Below, one piece after another: positions 1 through 13,860 of a stretch of 64,000 bases of DNA. A program made the position numbers and the translations under genes. The stretch spans positions 57,722,001 to 57,786,000 of the forward strand of contig OX597825.1 of assembly GCA_951406725.2 (NCBI GenBank), given 5' to 3'. This DNA is from Octopus vulgaris. Its lineage: Eukaryota. The stretch's first letter is position 1. Every line of letters begins with the position of its first letter. The notes under the pieces are model-generated. The model saw nothing but the letters and a program-made list of their open reading frames with translations, ran no database searches and was not told where the DNA came from.

Positions 1-454
1 TTCCATTCATGTTTGAATGCTTCAAGTGAATGGCATATGTTTTCTAAATCAAAAACAAATTTCTCCAACGAAACGCCCTGCTCTGTTCTAGATTTCACAA
101 TGTCGGCTGTTGTTTATATTTACATGCATACACACAAATGAACAAATACACACAAATGCACACACAAATTAACACATAAACACACACACGCACACATAAA
201 ATGCACGCAAGCACACACACATGCTCGCGTACACACAGACATTTACATGCTGATTAAGTTCACATACATGGCTTACATTCATCTTCGTTGAATAAATTAC
301 TTCGTTGTGGTTAAAGTTCAGGAATTCCCCATATAGGGACGAAACCGTGAACTAATCGACTAGTGTCGTCTGGTTATTGCTACCCTGTTAAAGTGTTTAT
401 TCATGTTTGTCATACAGAAATAGATAGATAGAAAGATAAACAGATAGTTAGCTG

Positions 455-1274
455 CGATGTGCATTCCAGAGGTTTTGAGACTTTTCTAGGAAATGCAATT
501 ATAATTGTCCTAGGTTAATGTAATTGCAGTATATCATTACTGTACATTTAATGAGGTGACCTGCCGACTTTAACAGCACTTTGAACTCATCCTACTAAAC
601 ATTGCTTCTCATAGCTGACTAGTTTACGCAATAAAGTTTTGTGCTAATCTGGGCAAAAATGCTACAGAAACTTATGGAATGCACGAAATTGTTAATTGGA
701 CTTTTTGCTGGCACAAGAGACTCAAGGACAATAGAACGATGAGAGATAATGAGAGGTGTGGAAGAGAGAGGAATGTCAGAATTAGAGTTGGTTAAGGAAA
801 TATGCAATTTTCGGATGAAGACTGTTATATGGCTTTAAAGACAACAACCATACAGTTTGGAGTTGGATTGGCAACTATATACAGAATTACTCATGAACAT
901 CTGAACATGAGCAACATTTGTGAAAAATTGTTCCCAGGGTACGGAGTTTCGAGCATTCTGGTACCCAACAATTTGACTGAGGTGGATATCAAAACTATAC
1001 CCCACTTTCCCTACAGTCCAAACCTTGCTCCATGTGACTTTAGATTGTTCTCCAAAGTGATGAAAAACCTCGAGGGCAGCCGTTTTGAAGTTAGTCTGTA
1101 ACAGGAGTCATGGACACCTTCACATTCAAGAACTTCAATGGGGCCTTCACGAAATGGCTGGAATGCTGCAACATGTACATAGAAGTCAAAGGATCCTACT
1201 TTAACGCGTATTAGCGTTTTGTAAATAAACAAGTCTCTCCTTAAAAAGTCTAAAAACTTCTGGAATGCACCTAG
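455..1274 (+). mobile_element. Internally deleted mariner (Tc1/mariner) relic
   Basis: Imperfect TIRs (TGCATTCCAGAGGTTTTGAGACTTTT at left, AAAAAGTCTAAAAACTTCTGGAATGCA at right). ORF 802-1101 contains HFPYSPNLAPCDFRLF, matching the mariner YSPDLAPxD motif. Confidence 0.85.
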
Positions 1275-1361
1275 TAGATAGATTAACAGATAGATAAACA
1301 GACGCACAAAGAAGAGAAATAGAAAGACAGAAAGACAGACAGATATATAGATAGTCAGACA

Positions 1362-1461
1362 NNNNNNNNNNNNNNNNNNNNNNNNNNNNNNNNNNNNNNN
1401 NNNNNNNNNNNNNNNNNNNNNNNNNNNNNNNNNNNNNNNNNNNNNNNNNNNNNNNNNNNNN
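1362..1461. other. Assembly gap (100 N)
   Basis: Run of exactly 100 N. Confidence 1.
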
Positions 1462-1599
1462 AAACTTATTTCTTTCCCAAAGTCAGATTAAATATGCCCA
1501 TTGTAATTAATTTATAAATATATAATGCATCAGCATGTTTGTTAGCATTATATAATGTATTAACCTACATTTTAGTATTTACTTCTTCGTTTATAAGAC

Positions 1600-2080
1600 G
1601 TCTCAGGTGTGTCACACTTCAGGTTCCAGCAGAAGTCAACCAGCATAGCTGGGCTCCATTTCCCCTAATACCTGTTTTCCATTGATGCTATATCTTGATG
1701 GGACCTCACTCCATGTTCATCACTCACACCCCTTGCATTCTCTGGAAAGAAGGGCAGGTGCATCCGAAATCTTGGTAGCACTTGCTTAGGCTCTCCACTA
1801 TACTCTCTCCCTGCACCACTTGGTGCTTTCCCAGAAGTCCTTTGCATACATCTTTCAATGGATACCAGGCCACTAAGTCAGTTTCATCCATTGTGGCCTC
1901 GAAGTCCTCATCAGCTATAAGTTGACGAATCTGAGGGCCTACGAATATGCCCTCTTTAACCTTGACATCACTTATTTTAGAGAAGATTGCCTTTCGGTAC
2001 TGGAAACATGGCTTGTTATGTTGCAGTGCTTTGGTAAATTGCTTCGTTAGGTCTAGTTTCAAATGCAGTAGTGGCAAAAT
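1600..2080 (-). mobile_element. DNA transposase C-terminal fragment, Chapaev/CMC-like, frameshifted
   Basis: ORFs 1724-2077 and 1665-1847 give PLLHLKLDLTKQFTKAL...KVKEGIFVGPQIRQL and FFPENARGVSDEHGVRSHQDIASMENRY. These match the LHIKLGL / EGIFVGPQIR / SDEHGERFHQDI motifs that I recall from Chapaev-3-type transposases; the superfamily name is from memory. Confidence 0.7.
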
Positions 2081-2094
2081 TATTTTATTGACTT

Positions 2095-2340
2095 AGTTTT
2101 ACGTGTTTATACTTTTATCGCCCTCAAATTATTCTCCATTTGAAGCAATGCAACGGTCCAGACGCATTTTCCACTGAACTCTTGCGAAGTGATGCTTTTT
2201 AACGCTTTAACGCCTCCGTTGTTTTTTTTCTTCACCTCTTTCGTATCTGCAAAATATTTTCCTTTAAGACCTTTTTTTATTTGGGGGAGCAAAAAGAGTT
2301 GCAGGCAGCAAGTTCGGGTGAATAGGGAGGGTTGGTAAAC
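2095..2340 (-). mobile_element. Mariner transposase 3' fragment
   Basis: KKGLKGKYFADTKEVKKK and CIASNGE-like C-terminal residues. Shares about 45 nt with the mariner relic at 49460. Confidence 0.65.
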
Positions 2341-2399
2341 GGAAGAAATGCCGCTAAGCATCTAGCTCGGCGTGCTAAAGATTCTGCCAGCTCGCTGCC

Positions 2400-2438
<39 letters not shown>

Positions 2439-2586
2439 GTTTCAAATTTTACTACCAGGGTTGCCATTTTGGGAGAGGGAGTAAGTCGATTGCATCGACC
2501 CCAGTGTTTCATTGGTACTTAATTTATCGACCCCGAAAGGATGAAAGGCAAAATCGACCTCCGCGGAATTTGAACTCAGAATGTAA

Positions 2587-2617
<31 letters not shown>

Positions 2618-2817
2618 ATAATAATAATAATAATCCTTTCTACTATAGGTACAAAGCCTGAAACTTTGGGGGAGGCGGCTAGTCGACTCTATCGATCCCA
2701 GTGCATAGCTAGTACTTAGTTCATCGATCCCGAAAGGATGAAAGGCAAAGTGGACCTTGACGGAATTTGAACTCAGAACGTAAAGACGGACGAAACGCCG
2801 CTAACGATTCTGCCAGT
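2335..2817 (-). mobile_element. Family A tRNA-derived SINE copies (Meta-domain-like core)
   Basis: Core ATCGACCCCGAAAGGATGAAAGGCAAAG..GGAATTTGAACTCAGAA occurs twice, interspersed with (TAA)n/(CTA)n. Confidence 0.8.
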
Positions 2818-3106
2818 AATGCAAGTGAGAAATTAGGATAAATATGCAAGGCGATGTCAATAAATCAAATCAGAAAGAAAGACATCGCGCCTTACATAAG
2901 TACTTTAATGATCCTAATATTTCGGGAAACATTCCAGTTTTTAACTAAAAGACAGGAAGTAATCGAAGAGTTTGGAGAAATGAACTGTTAACGGTAGGTC
3001 AGACCGAAACATTAGGATCATTAAACAATGTAAGGTGTCAACATCTTTTCTCTTTGTTTTCATTTAGTGGCATCTTGCATATTTTAAGTAGCTCTTCACC
3101 TGCATT
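2818..3106. repeat. Degenerate foldback (~290 bp inverted repeat)
   Basis: 2904-2925 pairs with 3004-3025 at 21/22. Outer arms AATGCAAGTGA/TCACCTGCATT and AATATGCAAG/CTTGCATATT also pair. Confidence 0.75.
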
Positions 3107-3279
3107 GTTTACTGGATTTTTCTTCCAACATTTATAGCATTTACATTCATTACTGTATTTCGTCAGCTCAGAAATGGTGGAGAATAAATTTGAATTTGGA
3201 CAAAGCATATTGAACCTAATATTTTCTCCGACACTTCACAGTTGCTGCTAAACTACAAATTCTTCGATATTTTAGGGTT

Positions 3280-3435
3280 TATCAGGTACTCTACTATTTC
3301 TCAGGTACTATACACTACTTTTTCCGGTACTCTACACTTTCTCTGCGAACCCACACTCTATCCTGTACTCTACTCTTTTTCCGGTACTCTACATTTTACG
3401 TGGTACGTTTACAGTTTCTTCATACTCTACATTTT
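3280..3435. repeat. Degenerate minisatellite (GGTACTCTACAC/TTTT units)
   Basis: Repeated GTACTCTAC motif roughly every 20-25 bp. Confidence 0.6.
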
Positions 3436-4170
3436 CCCTCCTATTTTATCGATAAGGACTAAGGAAAACTGGACGTCGACAAAATTTCCTTCTGAACTTA
3501 GAACGTAAAACACCGTCACTAAATATTGCCAGCATACGCCTTACATTCGCAAAATAACAGTTATCAAAAGAAATATAGAATCCTTCCTACTGTTTCCATT
3601 AATTTACCATTATTCCTTGATAAGAAGAAAACTATCTTCTGAGATTTATTTTAATGACTTTGGGCAGATGAAAGGCAAAGTTGACGTTGGTGAGATCTGA
3701 ACTCAGATCATAAAGAAACACAACAAAGTACTTTTAGCAACGTTCTAACGTTTTACTAACCTCACCACCCTCAATAATTGTTTCTAATTTAAGTACCAGC
3801 CCAAAACCCATAAATTTTCAGGGGAGGGGCTCAGTCCACATCATTGATAATAGTAACTTTAAACGGAAGAGTTGTTCTCGGTGTGATTTGAATACAGAAC
3901 GTAAAGGGCAAGAAGAAATACCACAAGGTATTTTCCAGACGCTCCAATGATTCTCTCAGTTGCATAATAATATTTAGAAAAAGAAAAAGAAATTCCCGAC
4001 AGTTATGGCAAAGATGGCGACTATCAAAGATTGTTGAATTGAGACGAAAGAGCCAAGTTAACATATGAGGAAGAAATGTAAGAAAGTGGGGTTTCGATAA
4101 AAAAAAAAACATGAAAAAAACTCAAAATTTTAGTCGAGCTTTCGTGAATTAAAATCAGGTGCCATGAGAA

Positions 4171-4171
<1 letters not shown>

Positions 4172-4265
<94 letters not shown>
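4172..4265. repeat. (ATAG)n/(ACAG)n/(AG)n microsatellite
   Basis: Seen directly. Confidence 0.95.
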
Positions 4266-4266
<1 letters not shown>

Positions 4267-4443
4267 TGGGGGTCAGAAAAAGAGTGAGTGAAACACCAGT
4301 GAACAATGTGTTTTATTTTCGGTTGTTAGAATAAATACATAAAGAACAAAAAAATAATGGAGAAAAATAAGATGGTACCAGCGAAGGAATGAAGTACACA
4401 AACAGAGAATGGAAAAGGGATAAGAGAAGTAAGGCAAAAAGTA

Positions 4444-4500
<57 letters not shown>

Positions 4501-6429
4501 GCTAAATATGGCCAATTGTTGTCAGTAGGGGAGCTGAATCAAGGATACTGTAACAAAGGGGATTCTTCTAATGCTGATGCTGGTGCTGGCCGTGGGAGGT
4601 AGTGGTGGGAGATTATGTGTGTATGTCTAGATGTTTGTATGTTTGAAGATTAAGGGTTTATTTACTTTCGACTTATAAATGCTAAACGAAATAAACACGA
4701 GGAATGCAACAACAATTTCTATTACAACACCAACGTTGAAGCCCAACGCAAAGTATTGATATTTTAGCGACGACAGCTGGTGGTGGAATGTCTGCTGAAG
4801 GAAATTATTCGGAAATAATATAAACAAAAGAAATTGTTTGGTTAAATTAGTTTAAATTGGTTGGTGGGTTAGTGTTATTGTTCAGTCGAGTTCTCCAGCG
4901 CTTCCGTAGATAAATCTATGATGAAAGGTATACCAAACACGACCATCCCTTCATTCTTTCTAGACATAGTGTAATCTAGGTCTTCTTTTTCTATTGAATC
5001 CTTCCCTTTTTAAAACGGTAGGAAGCAATTTGAAGGAAATTTGGCTGCTATTTCTAGCACCAGACCAAGACTGTTTGTGGATTCATATACTCCCTGCTCG
5101 ATGTTTGTAGTGTTATTGTTGTTGATGTTGCTGCTGCTGCCCCTTAGCCCCTGTTTAGTCCCGACGATACAGCCAGGCCTATAATCAAAGTTGTTCCAGC
5201 CATGACAATCCTATTTTCAAACATAATGTATTTAGAAGAGCTTTATCAAATGTGGCCTTCGAGTTTTGAGAAAGGAGAGTGTGTTCTGAGAGAGATATCC
5301 CTGTTATTTCTAGCAGACTTTGTATCGTAATAGATGTCGGCCACGGTCTGTGTAAATGATCTAGACACACTATGAATGATTTGGTTTGTATAAAGATCAA
5401 AATATGTCTAGGTGAGTGGTGACCTGTGTAACGGGTGAATAGCAATCTGGGTTAGGGGTGAATAGCGATAAGCGTAACAGGTTTCACAGCATATCCGGGT
5501 GGATAGTAACATCTATAATAAAAGTCAAGGGTATATTTTGAAGGTTAACGTTCCTCTTTAATAGAGATCACTGTATGTTTGGATGATAAAAGTTATAACT
5601 ATTTCTTATTTAAGCACAAGGCCAACAATCTTGAGGGATGGGGATTCACTTTATTACATCGACCTCAGTACTTCATTGTTTTTTTTTTATTTTAGTTTAT
5701 CGACCCCGAAAGGATGAAAGACAAAGTTGTACTTGATGGGATTTCAGCTCAGAAAATAAGGAACCGGAAGAAATACTGTAAGGTATATTGTGCGACACAC
5801 TGACAATTCTGCCAAAGGTGTCATAGTATACTCGAGGGGTTAATATTGAACCGTGTGACAGGGTGCAATATATCTGAGTGACTAGTGACCTCTGTAACAG
5901 AAGTCACTATATGCCTGGGTGACTACTAGCTGTGCAATTGTAGTATTTGTAATGTGCGTTGTCGAGAAACGGATGGCTGAGTTATAATTTACACCCCCAG
6001 TCAGCTCTGCTTCAGCAGACCCATCATAAAAGGCGTTCCATTCATACCATTACAGTTTTGTTTTTTGATATCTGAAATTTCATATTCCAGTGAGTTCATT
6101 ATCGAAGAGTATCATTTGGAGGAAGATGAATCTGTTATCTTTGTCAAGTTGAAAGAGCATCTTGAGGTTCAACCACTGGTTCGTCCACCAAAGGGTTAAT
6201 AGGTACCGATATCTAAGAACAAGTTACTGTTGTTAGCAGTAGTAGAACTTTCAAAATGACGGGTGCTTCGTCTATTGCAACTGGGTGCGCAATAAGGAAA
6301 GAGAATTTTTTTTCAGTTCCTCGGTTTCATTTAGGATGTGGTCTAGTTCTGACTACGGCCTGCGTGTGTATGTGTGTGTGTATTCGTCTAAAATACCTCA
6401 CCCCAAATAAAATTCCTCATGTAAAGCGA

Positions 6430-6950
6430 TTCCTCACTTTCAACATTTCACCAAATTGTCTTGGCTTAAGGAGAGCCAGCATTTTAGAAGTACCAACCCT
6501 TCCTTTGGGCTACAATACTTGTCAAAATGTATGTAACTAAATAGCGCAATAAAATTTCTCACTCAATCTTCCTACACCGTACAAAGCTTTAAGTGCAATT
6601 ATATCACAAGCGATAAAGAACTGCCATAAAAAAAGCAACAAGAAAAAACAAAACAAAACAAAAGCAATTCATTTGCATTGACTAAAAGAAGGCTGCTGAC
6701 GGTGTACCTCAACATCTGGTTCCTGAAACTATCAGCCATGGTAAGGTACCAGAGCAATATTGAAGTGGAGAAATTAAGAACACTAATGCTATGTTAGATA
6801 AATAAACAGAGATAAACGCATTAAACCAAACACAGATCTATTAATACTTAGCAATTCACAAACTACTCAGAGAACAACACGCATACGTGACATCAATGCT
6901 CAGGAAAGAATATTAGAAAATAATTTTATAGATTTTTACTAAAAAACAAA
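6430..6950 (+). mobile_element. Decayed non-LTR RT fragment (R4/Dong-like)
   Basis: Hand translation gives NLPTPYKALSAIISQAI...FICID*KKAADGVP, resembling RT motifs CLPTxYKxLT and IDYKKAFDSVP. Confidence 0.5.
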
Positions 6951-7535
6951 GAGCTAACTTTAAAAAATGTTAGCTGTTCCAGTATTTAGAAATAATTATA
7001 GTATTCTCAAATTTAGTTGTAATATAATTTAATATTCTCAACCACAAGTGACTTAACAAAAGTTGATACGAAAGGGACAGTAATGAATGCATTTAACGTG
7101 TTCATCCAAAAAGCTGACAAAGAAATATTACACTTGCTATAAATGCAAAATGTTAAGTGTTACGCAACTTGAAAACTATTATAAAGATATTCACTGTAAG
7201 AGTCTGAAAGTATAAAATAAAGATAATGGAAAAATAAAAGAAGTAGCTGTAATATACGAATAAAAGAAAGTGAAACGGTTTTCTCTCTTCAAGAGAGCCA
7301 ATAAATACAAAAGAGAGACTGGTGAGGAGAAAGGAGCAACAGCAGAAATTGTGAAAAACGAAAGCAACTTTATCTAATCTAAAAGTGAAGCTATTGAATG
7401 CCATGTTAAAAATGATTGCTAAAACCTAGAATAACATAAGAACAAGTGGGTATTAAAAGAAATATAAATCACAGCAGTAGCTAAGACCGCTATAAATGCT
7501 TCCAATCATGCGGAAGATCAACGTATTGATACAGG

Positions 7536-7612
<77 letters not shown>

Positions 7613-7639
7613 CACACACACACATGTATGTATATGTAT

Positions 7640-7830
7640 GTATGGCTCAGTGGTTAAAACGTCGGGCTCACAATTATGATGTTGTGAGTTTGATGTCCGG
7701 ACTGGGCTGTGTGTTGTGTTCTTGAGCAAGACTCTTTATTTCCCGTTGCTCTAGTTCACTCAGCTGTAGAAATGAGTTGCGGCGTCACAGGTGCCAAGCT
7801 GTAACGACATTTGCCTTTCCCTTGCATAAC
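7640..7830 (+). mobile_element. Family C tRNA/CORE-type SINE
   Basis: A-box TGGCTCAGTGGTTA, B-box-like GAGTTTGAT, and CORE-like TGTTCTTGAGCAAGAC. Confidence 0.7.
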
Positions 7831-8009
7831 ATCTACCGACCAATTTAACTCCAGGCTTCTCGAACAAACGATTCAGTCTTGCTTCCTACCACTGCTTGTG
7901 TGCTAGTAATGTAAACAAACTGCTTTCTAAAATATTATCCAATAATTGATAGGTTACACGCAAAAAAGCATAATTCTTGTAGACCAGAATGTGTGTGTGT
8001 GTGTGTGTA

Positions 8010-8041
<32 letters not shown>

Positions 8042-8267
8042 TGTGTATGTATGCATGTATATCCAAGTCTTATGTCTAGCATCTCCTTATTAACAAGCTG
8101 ATATCGGATGATACAAAAGTAAACATGCAGTACTTGTCATGTACCTGAATCTGCAACGTTAGAATCACACATGCTAGGCATTCAAAGAATGTTGGAAGTT
8201 CGCGCATATCATAATATTATTGTGTACTTTCTTTAAAATAACTTAGGTGGCTGACAGTTCTTAATAA

Positions 8268-8337
8268 GTAGTAGCAGTAGTACCAGCAGCAACAACAACA
8301 GCAACAGTAGTGGTGGCAGCAGCAGCAGCAGCAGTGT

Positions 8338-8371
<34 letters not shown>

Positions 8372-8381
8372 TGTTGTTGTT

Positions 8382-8420
<39 letters not shown>
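8268..8420. repeat. (TAG/CAG/CAA)n trinucleotide microsatellite
   Basis: Seen directly. Confidence 0.95.
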
Positions 8421-8487
8421 AAGATAATTTCTAGCATAAAAAATGGAAAATAATAACAATAATAACGATAATATTAGTTTCAAATTC

Positions 8488-8850
8488 AGGCGGCGAGCTG
8501 GCAGAAACATTAGCACGCCGGGCGAAATGCGTAAGCGTATTTCGTCTGCCGTTACGTTCTGAGTTCAAATTCCGCCGAGGTCGACTTTGCCTTTCATCCT
8601 TTCGGAGTCGATAAATTAAGTACCAGTTACGCACTGGGGTCGATATAATCGACTTAATCCGTTTGTCTGTCCCTGTTTGTCCTCTCTGTGTTTAGCCCCT
8701 TGTGGGTAGTAAAGAAATAGGTATTTCGTCTGTCTATACTTCTGAGTTCAAATTTCACTGAGGTCGACTTTACTTTTCACCCTTTCGGGGTCGATCAATT
8801 AAGTACCAGTTGTGTACTATGGTTGATCTAATCGACTGGCATCTAGTCGA
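8488..8850 (+). mobile_element. Family A SINE, dimeric form
   Basis: GGCGGCGAGCTGGCAGAA head, GAGTTCAAATTCCGCC B-box and CCTTTCATCCTTTCGG core, then the TTTAGCCCCTTGTGGG spacer and a second unit. Confidence 0.85.
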
Positions 8851-11800
8851 TCCCGGCAGCACTTCAATAATATTAAAAAAATTAATGCACATGTATACAC
8901 AGATATGCGGACACATACATTATGCACACATACGTGCACACACATGCACAAATGTACACACACATGACACACATATGTATCATAGAAAGTCAAAAGCCGC
9001 CTAATAACACTCAAGGAAAATCCATGTAAAAAGATAGCGCGCCTCGACTACCAAGAGTATGTACTCTTTGTTTCTGTCTCTGGTTTGGGGTCTCTGTCTC
9101 TCCTACACAGACAACCCACAGGTGTATATTCAGAGGAAAACCATCGTCAGAGGTAACCTAGCCACTTTCATCTGCGTTCTAGAAAATGTTTTGAAGAACA
9201 ACACTAACCGCTTCAGCACCTGTTGCTTCAAGTGATACCTTCAAAAAATCTGATTTGTGCTTAGCCAACGGAGAGGATCCTTGACTCTTTTTTTCTCTTA
9301 ATCACACCCATCGCACTATCGTTTTTATTATAGTAATCAGATAGAGGGAAACTGGGCGCCCTCCATAATTCCCCGTGCTAAATCGACAAATAAGCAATTC
9401 ATGGGCACTGAATACGTATGGACGGGATGATTCTCTCACTTTACGATTCGGTTGTTGCCGGATCCAGCATAACAGTACTTGTAAAGACTTTCTCCTCTCC
9501 ATTTACGTAGCACTGCTAGATCAAAGACTTTTGGAAATTGTCCATAACCCTTGACCTAAAATTCCTCCAGAAGGAATTATTAGGATTATCGTCATTGACG
9601 TCCAGAATCGCTCCCAGCTCATTGTCGCTCATACGTTTTGCCAACCCGCCACATCTTGTCAGCGATACTGCTCCATTAAGTATATTGCCTATCTAGCAAA
9701 GTGCAGTGAGTGCTTTGTAACATTCTCGAAAACTAATAGACAATAATAAAGACCATAGTAGAGAAATAATAAAGAATTCCTCTATTATTGTGACCGGAAC
9801 CCATTCACTGAGATAAAAGGGAATAAAAGGGGATAAAAGAAATAACATTTATAAATGAAGCAGGGGCGGATAACGATATTCTTTTATCTTTTATCTTTTA
9901 CTTGTTTCAGTCATTTAACTGCGGCCATGTTGGGGCACCGCCTTGAAGTTTTAATCGAACGAATCGACCCTAGGGCCGGCAGTATTCAGAACTTGCTGTT
10001 GAGTTGCTGGTTCTGCTCCTGTATTTTCTTCCTTTCTTCGGTGAGGAAAGCCCTCAAGTAGCTTTTACTGCTTCAACCATGACAGCTGGGATTTCTGCCG
10101 TACATCACCAGTCTTACTGAGAGATGACTGTGAACCAGCGACTACTCAATCTCTATTACTGCTTTCTGACACCAGCACCTCTACTGTATCAGGATACTTC
10201 CATATGAATTACCCTAGTTAATAAACAGCAAACTGCTCCACATATCGGCTAAAGCTTCATTCAGTTACTTGTTTAAGAGGACTCTGTAAAGTCCACCTAA
10301 ACTTCGGGGGACAGAGGTATGTCACTTTGGGTCTTGGACAAATTTCTCAAGTAAGGAAGTATAAACTTTTCTTACAGCTGCCGCTTACTTTCTCCGGCTA
10401 GATCTTATCAATGCTCAGAAATTATTTTCTGACAAGTAACGATCACAAAATAGTTTCCAAAGCCACTAACATTTACGTTAGGCAAAATGTTGTGTGTGTG
10501 TTCTTGTTGTTGCTAGCTTTTTTTTGCAGCGAATATTTTGATTGTTTCTGCTTCCTGTCACAAATTTTTTTTTCCTCATTGTGCGTTTCTTTGTTATTAG
10601 CTTTATCTGTTTTTCCTTCTCTAAATTTGTGATAACCTTTTTCCACTATTTTTTTTTGGGGTGGGAGGACAGGAAGACGTAGTCGTCCATATTCATGTAG
10701 CTGGTGCCCCAAATGTAGTACTCAACATCTTTTCTTGTTACTCCAATGTAAGAAGTTATTTTGGAAAATGACTAAATGAAACAAAATGAACAAAAAGTAT
10801 TTTATACTCAAACAAGACAATAATATCATAAACAGAATTCTCAGCGATACAACAGAGAGATAAAATTCTAACCAATTAGAAAATTGATATCATATTTTTC
10901 ATAAATGCATGCATGTCACATAAGCTACGTCTTCGCAGATCAAAACTTGGCGACGACGACGACAACAACAAGAATAACAACAACAACGACAGCAGCGATA
11001 ATAATTGTTTTGCATTTTGGCTCTCAGCCAGATGTTTGGGTGGTAGAAGTTAGTTGATAACATCGACCGCAATACTTGATTGCAACTTATTTTATCTATC
11101 ATGAAAGGATGAAAGGCCAAGTCAACCTCAGCGTAATTTGAACGCCATTATCTAATGATGGAGTATGATGTCGTGGCCAGAACATTGCGCAATGCAATCA
11201 ACATAAAGACTATTCCTGAAGATAACAATATAAGTGGTTTTGAGGGTGTAGAGAGCATAGTTACACATATTATGAAAGAAAACGGGTGAAATGTTCTTGT
11301 CAAAATCTTGTAAAATGTAGACATAACAGAGCAGACATAATGAATGGTTTGGGACAATGTGAAAAGAAATTATGTGCAGCAGTGGAAAACAGGTGCCCGA
11401 CAGATGTTAACATAATGTTAAAGGGAAAAGAAAAAAAGAGATATCTATGCTAATCTAATGAGAAATCTGCCGAAACTTCAACTGGGTTATGGTTTTAAAC
11501 TCAACCCTGAGATTATTGGGGTTCTTGATTAACATAACTGAAATGCGTCGACAACAGTTTTGAGGAGCGAGGTTTCACAAGACCAGAACGATATCAGTTA
11601 ACTAGAAGATTCTAGCTACAAATCATTGAATGCACTGTGAGAATATGTAAAACATTCTCGAAGTTTACCATGTAATAGGAATATATACATAGGTAGAGAA
11701 TACGGATATATGTATATGCTCAGATGCATAAGTTAATATGTATAGGACTAAGATGAATACTTGCATGTATATCAAAAACACATAAAGATGCATTCGTAGA

Positions 11801-12390
11801 TGTTAGCATACATGTATGAAAACATGCAAGCGTAATTACATGCGTACATACATACATGCACGCACACATAGATACATGGGTACGTACACGCATGCATACA
11901 AACACACATTCATACATACATACATACATACATACATAGGGAGGTACGTACATACATGCATGTGCGTACACATATGTACATACATATAGATGTATATATA
12001 TATATATATATATATTGTATATACACAAACACACACAGACACATACACACACATATATATTTATAAATAGATATATGCAAACATACACATTCTTACATAT
12101 ATACATATAAATATATATTCTTATAAACACACACACACATACACACACATGTATATACAAACATAAACAAACGACTACCCAAATAATGCCTAAATTCCAG
12201 TGAAAGAGCCTTGTTTCTGGGTAAGAAACTGCTTCATTATTTCGCTATTGGTGAGAAAGTGTTAAAAAATCTAGAACATACGTACATACATACATACATA
12301 CATACATACATACATAGGTAAACGCATGCATACTCACATTCATGCTTGTATAAATATATCTATGTACATATATATAGACATACACATGTA

Positions 12391-12442
<52 letters not shown>

Positions 12443-12838
12443 GATATAGATATATACGTGTGTTTGTGTACGTTGTTTGTATATATATGAAAGTATGTAC
12501 ATATAAACATGCATACACAGATATATATATATATATATATGCCAGATGAGTGTAAGGGATATTGCGTAGATAAATTAAGTAATAGACTTACAGAGAAGTG
12601 AAAGTAAGCTGGCTAGCATATAAAGAATGTGAAGTGGATAAGATAGTTAGGGCAACGAATAATGGCTGCTGTTTGTTGATTCTGTTGTTATTGTTGCTGT
12701 TTCTAGTGTGTTTGTTGTTGTTGTTGTTCTGATTTGTTCCTTTAATCTTCTCTAGCAACTTCACTGAAAAGGCGTCACTTGACAATCTTTGACCTCAGTC
12801 ATATTTTCGAACGAAGCGAAAAAGTTGTTACTTTTACC

Positions 12839-12940
<102 letters not shown>

Positions 12941-13144
12941 GAGAGAGAGAAGTATGCGTGCGTGTGTGTGCGCATATGTATGTGTGTATGTTGTGGTGTG
13001 TGTGTGTGTGTGTGTGCTTGAAAGAGGGGTATGCCATTTCGGTGTGTGTCAAAAGCAGCTGTTTGAGTTGGTGCTGGGAAGGAGTGACATTATTTGCACA
13101 CGATTTAACGGGTGTTGTTACTTCGCTTTTGACTCGTTAACAAA

Positions 13145-13860
13145 TTACTACCATAGCTACTACCACAACCAATACCACAACGACGACCACCACCACCACC
13201 ACCACTACCATCACCACTACAAGCACCATCACCACCTGTACCAGCGCCATCACCACCTCTACCACCACCACCTCTACCATCACCACCATCACCACCACCA
13301 CCACCACCCCCACCACTAGCAGCACCAGCACCAGCACCACCAGCACCAGCACCGCTGCCACCACCACTACCTGCAGCAGCACCACCGCCAGCACCACCAC
13401 CACTACTAGCACCAGCAGCAGCCGTTCAAGAATTTGGATCTGGAGATCTCCATTTCCAGCGACTTCGAGGGCCACCTCCCAGTGGTGTCGGGCGTCAACG
13501 AAGAGCCCTCGACTACAACAAGACGACCAAAGTTTTTTTTTTCCAAGGTCTGGGGTCTCCCACCCCTAAGCCCTAGACCATCACCTAATCACCCTTACTC
13601 GTCTGGTTGCTTAACAACAACAGCAGCACCAGCAGCAACAGCAGCAGCACTACTACCACTACTACCACCAGCACCAATACTAACACCAATACCAACTCCA
13701 CTACCAGCAGCAGTAGTAGCACCACCACCACCACCACCACCACCACCATATTTACTGTCACCATTAGACTCATCATCACTACCGCCATGACCAACACCAC
13801 CACCATCTACAACATCAACAACAATACGAACGCCATCACACCCACCACCATCAACCGCAT
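13145..13860. repeat. (CAC/CAG/TAC)n low-complexity tract with an embedded non-simple segment
   Basis: Trinucleotide-like repeats flank a complex segment at 13419-13610. Confidence 0.85.
13419..13525. repeat. 107-bp GC-rich duplicated unit, copy 1
   Basis: 106/107 identical to 25058-25164. Confidence 0.95.

Noticed and set aside
1870-1920. CTGATGA...GAAA hammerhead-like words on the minus strand
   Set aside because: They lie in the transposase frame (IADEDFEATMDET) and no stem II forms.
3831-4827. TM-like (ORF 4627-4827) and LRRCT-like (ORF 3831-4112) peptides on the minus strand
   Set aside because: The order is wrong for a single receptor gene, and T-rich frames give hydrophobic peptides by chance.
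6880-7010. TIR-like RDINA/GKNI words
   Set aside because: The upstream frame has LINE RT motifs, so an RT relic explains the region better.
9300-10460. Faint LINE-like peptides (AGSS..KCSE; PRSLGGL)
   Set aside because: Too degraded to assign family or boundaries by eye.
13460-13530. HDV/CPEB3-like ribozyme reading of the duplicated 107-bp unit
   Set aside because: P1/P2-like crossing stems exist, but I could not form a proper P3/P1.1, and the catalytic J4/2 C-x-A strand is missing on either strand.
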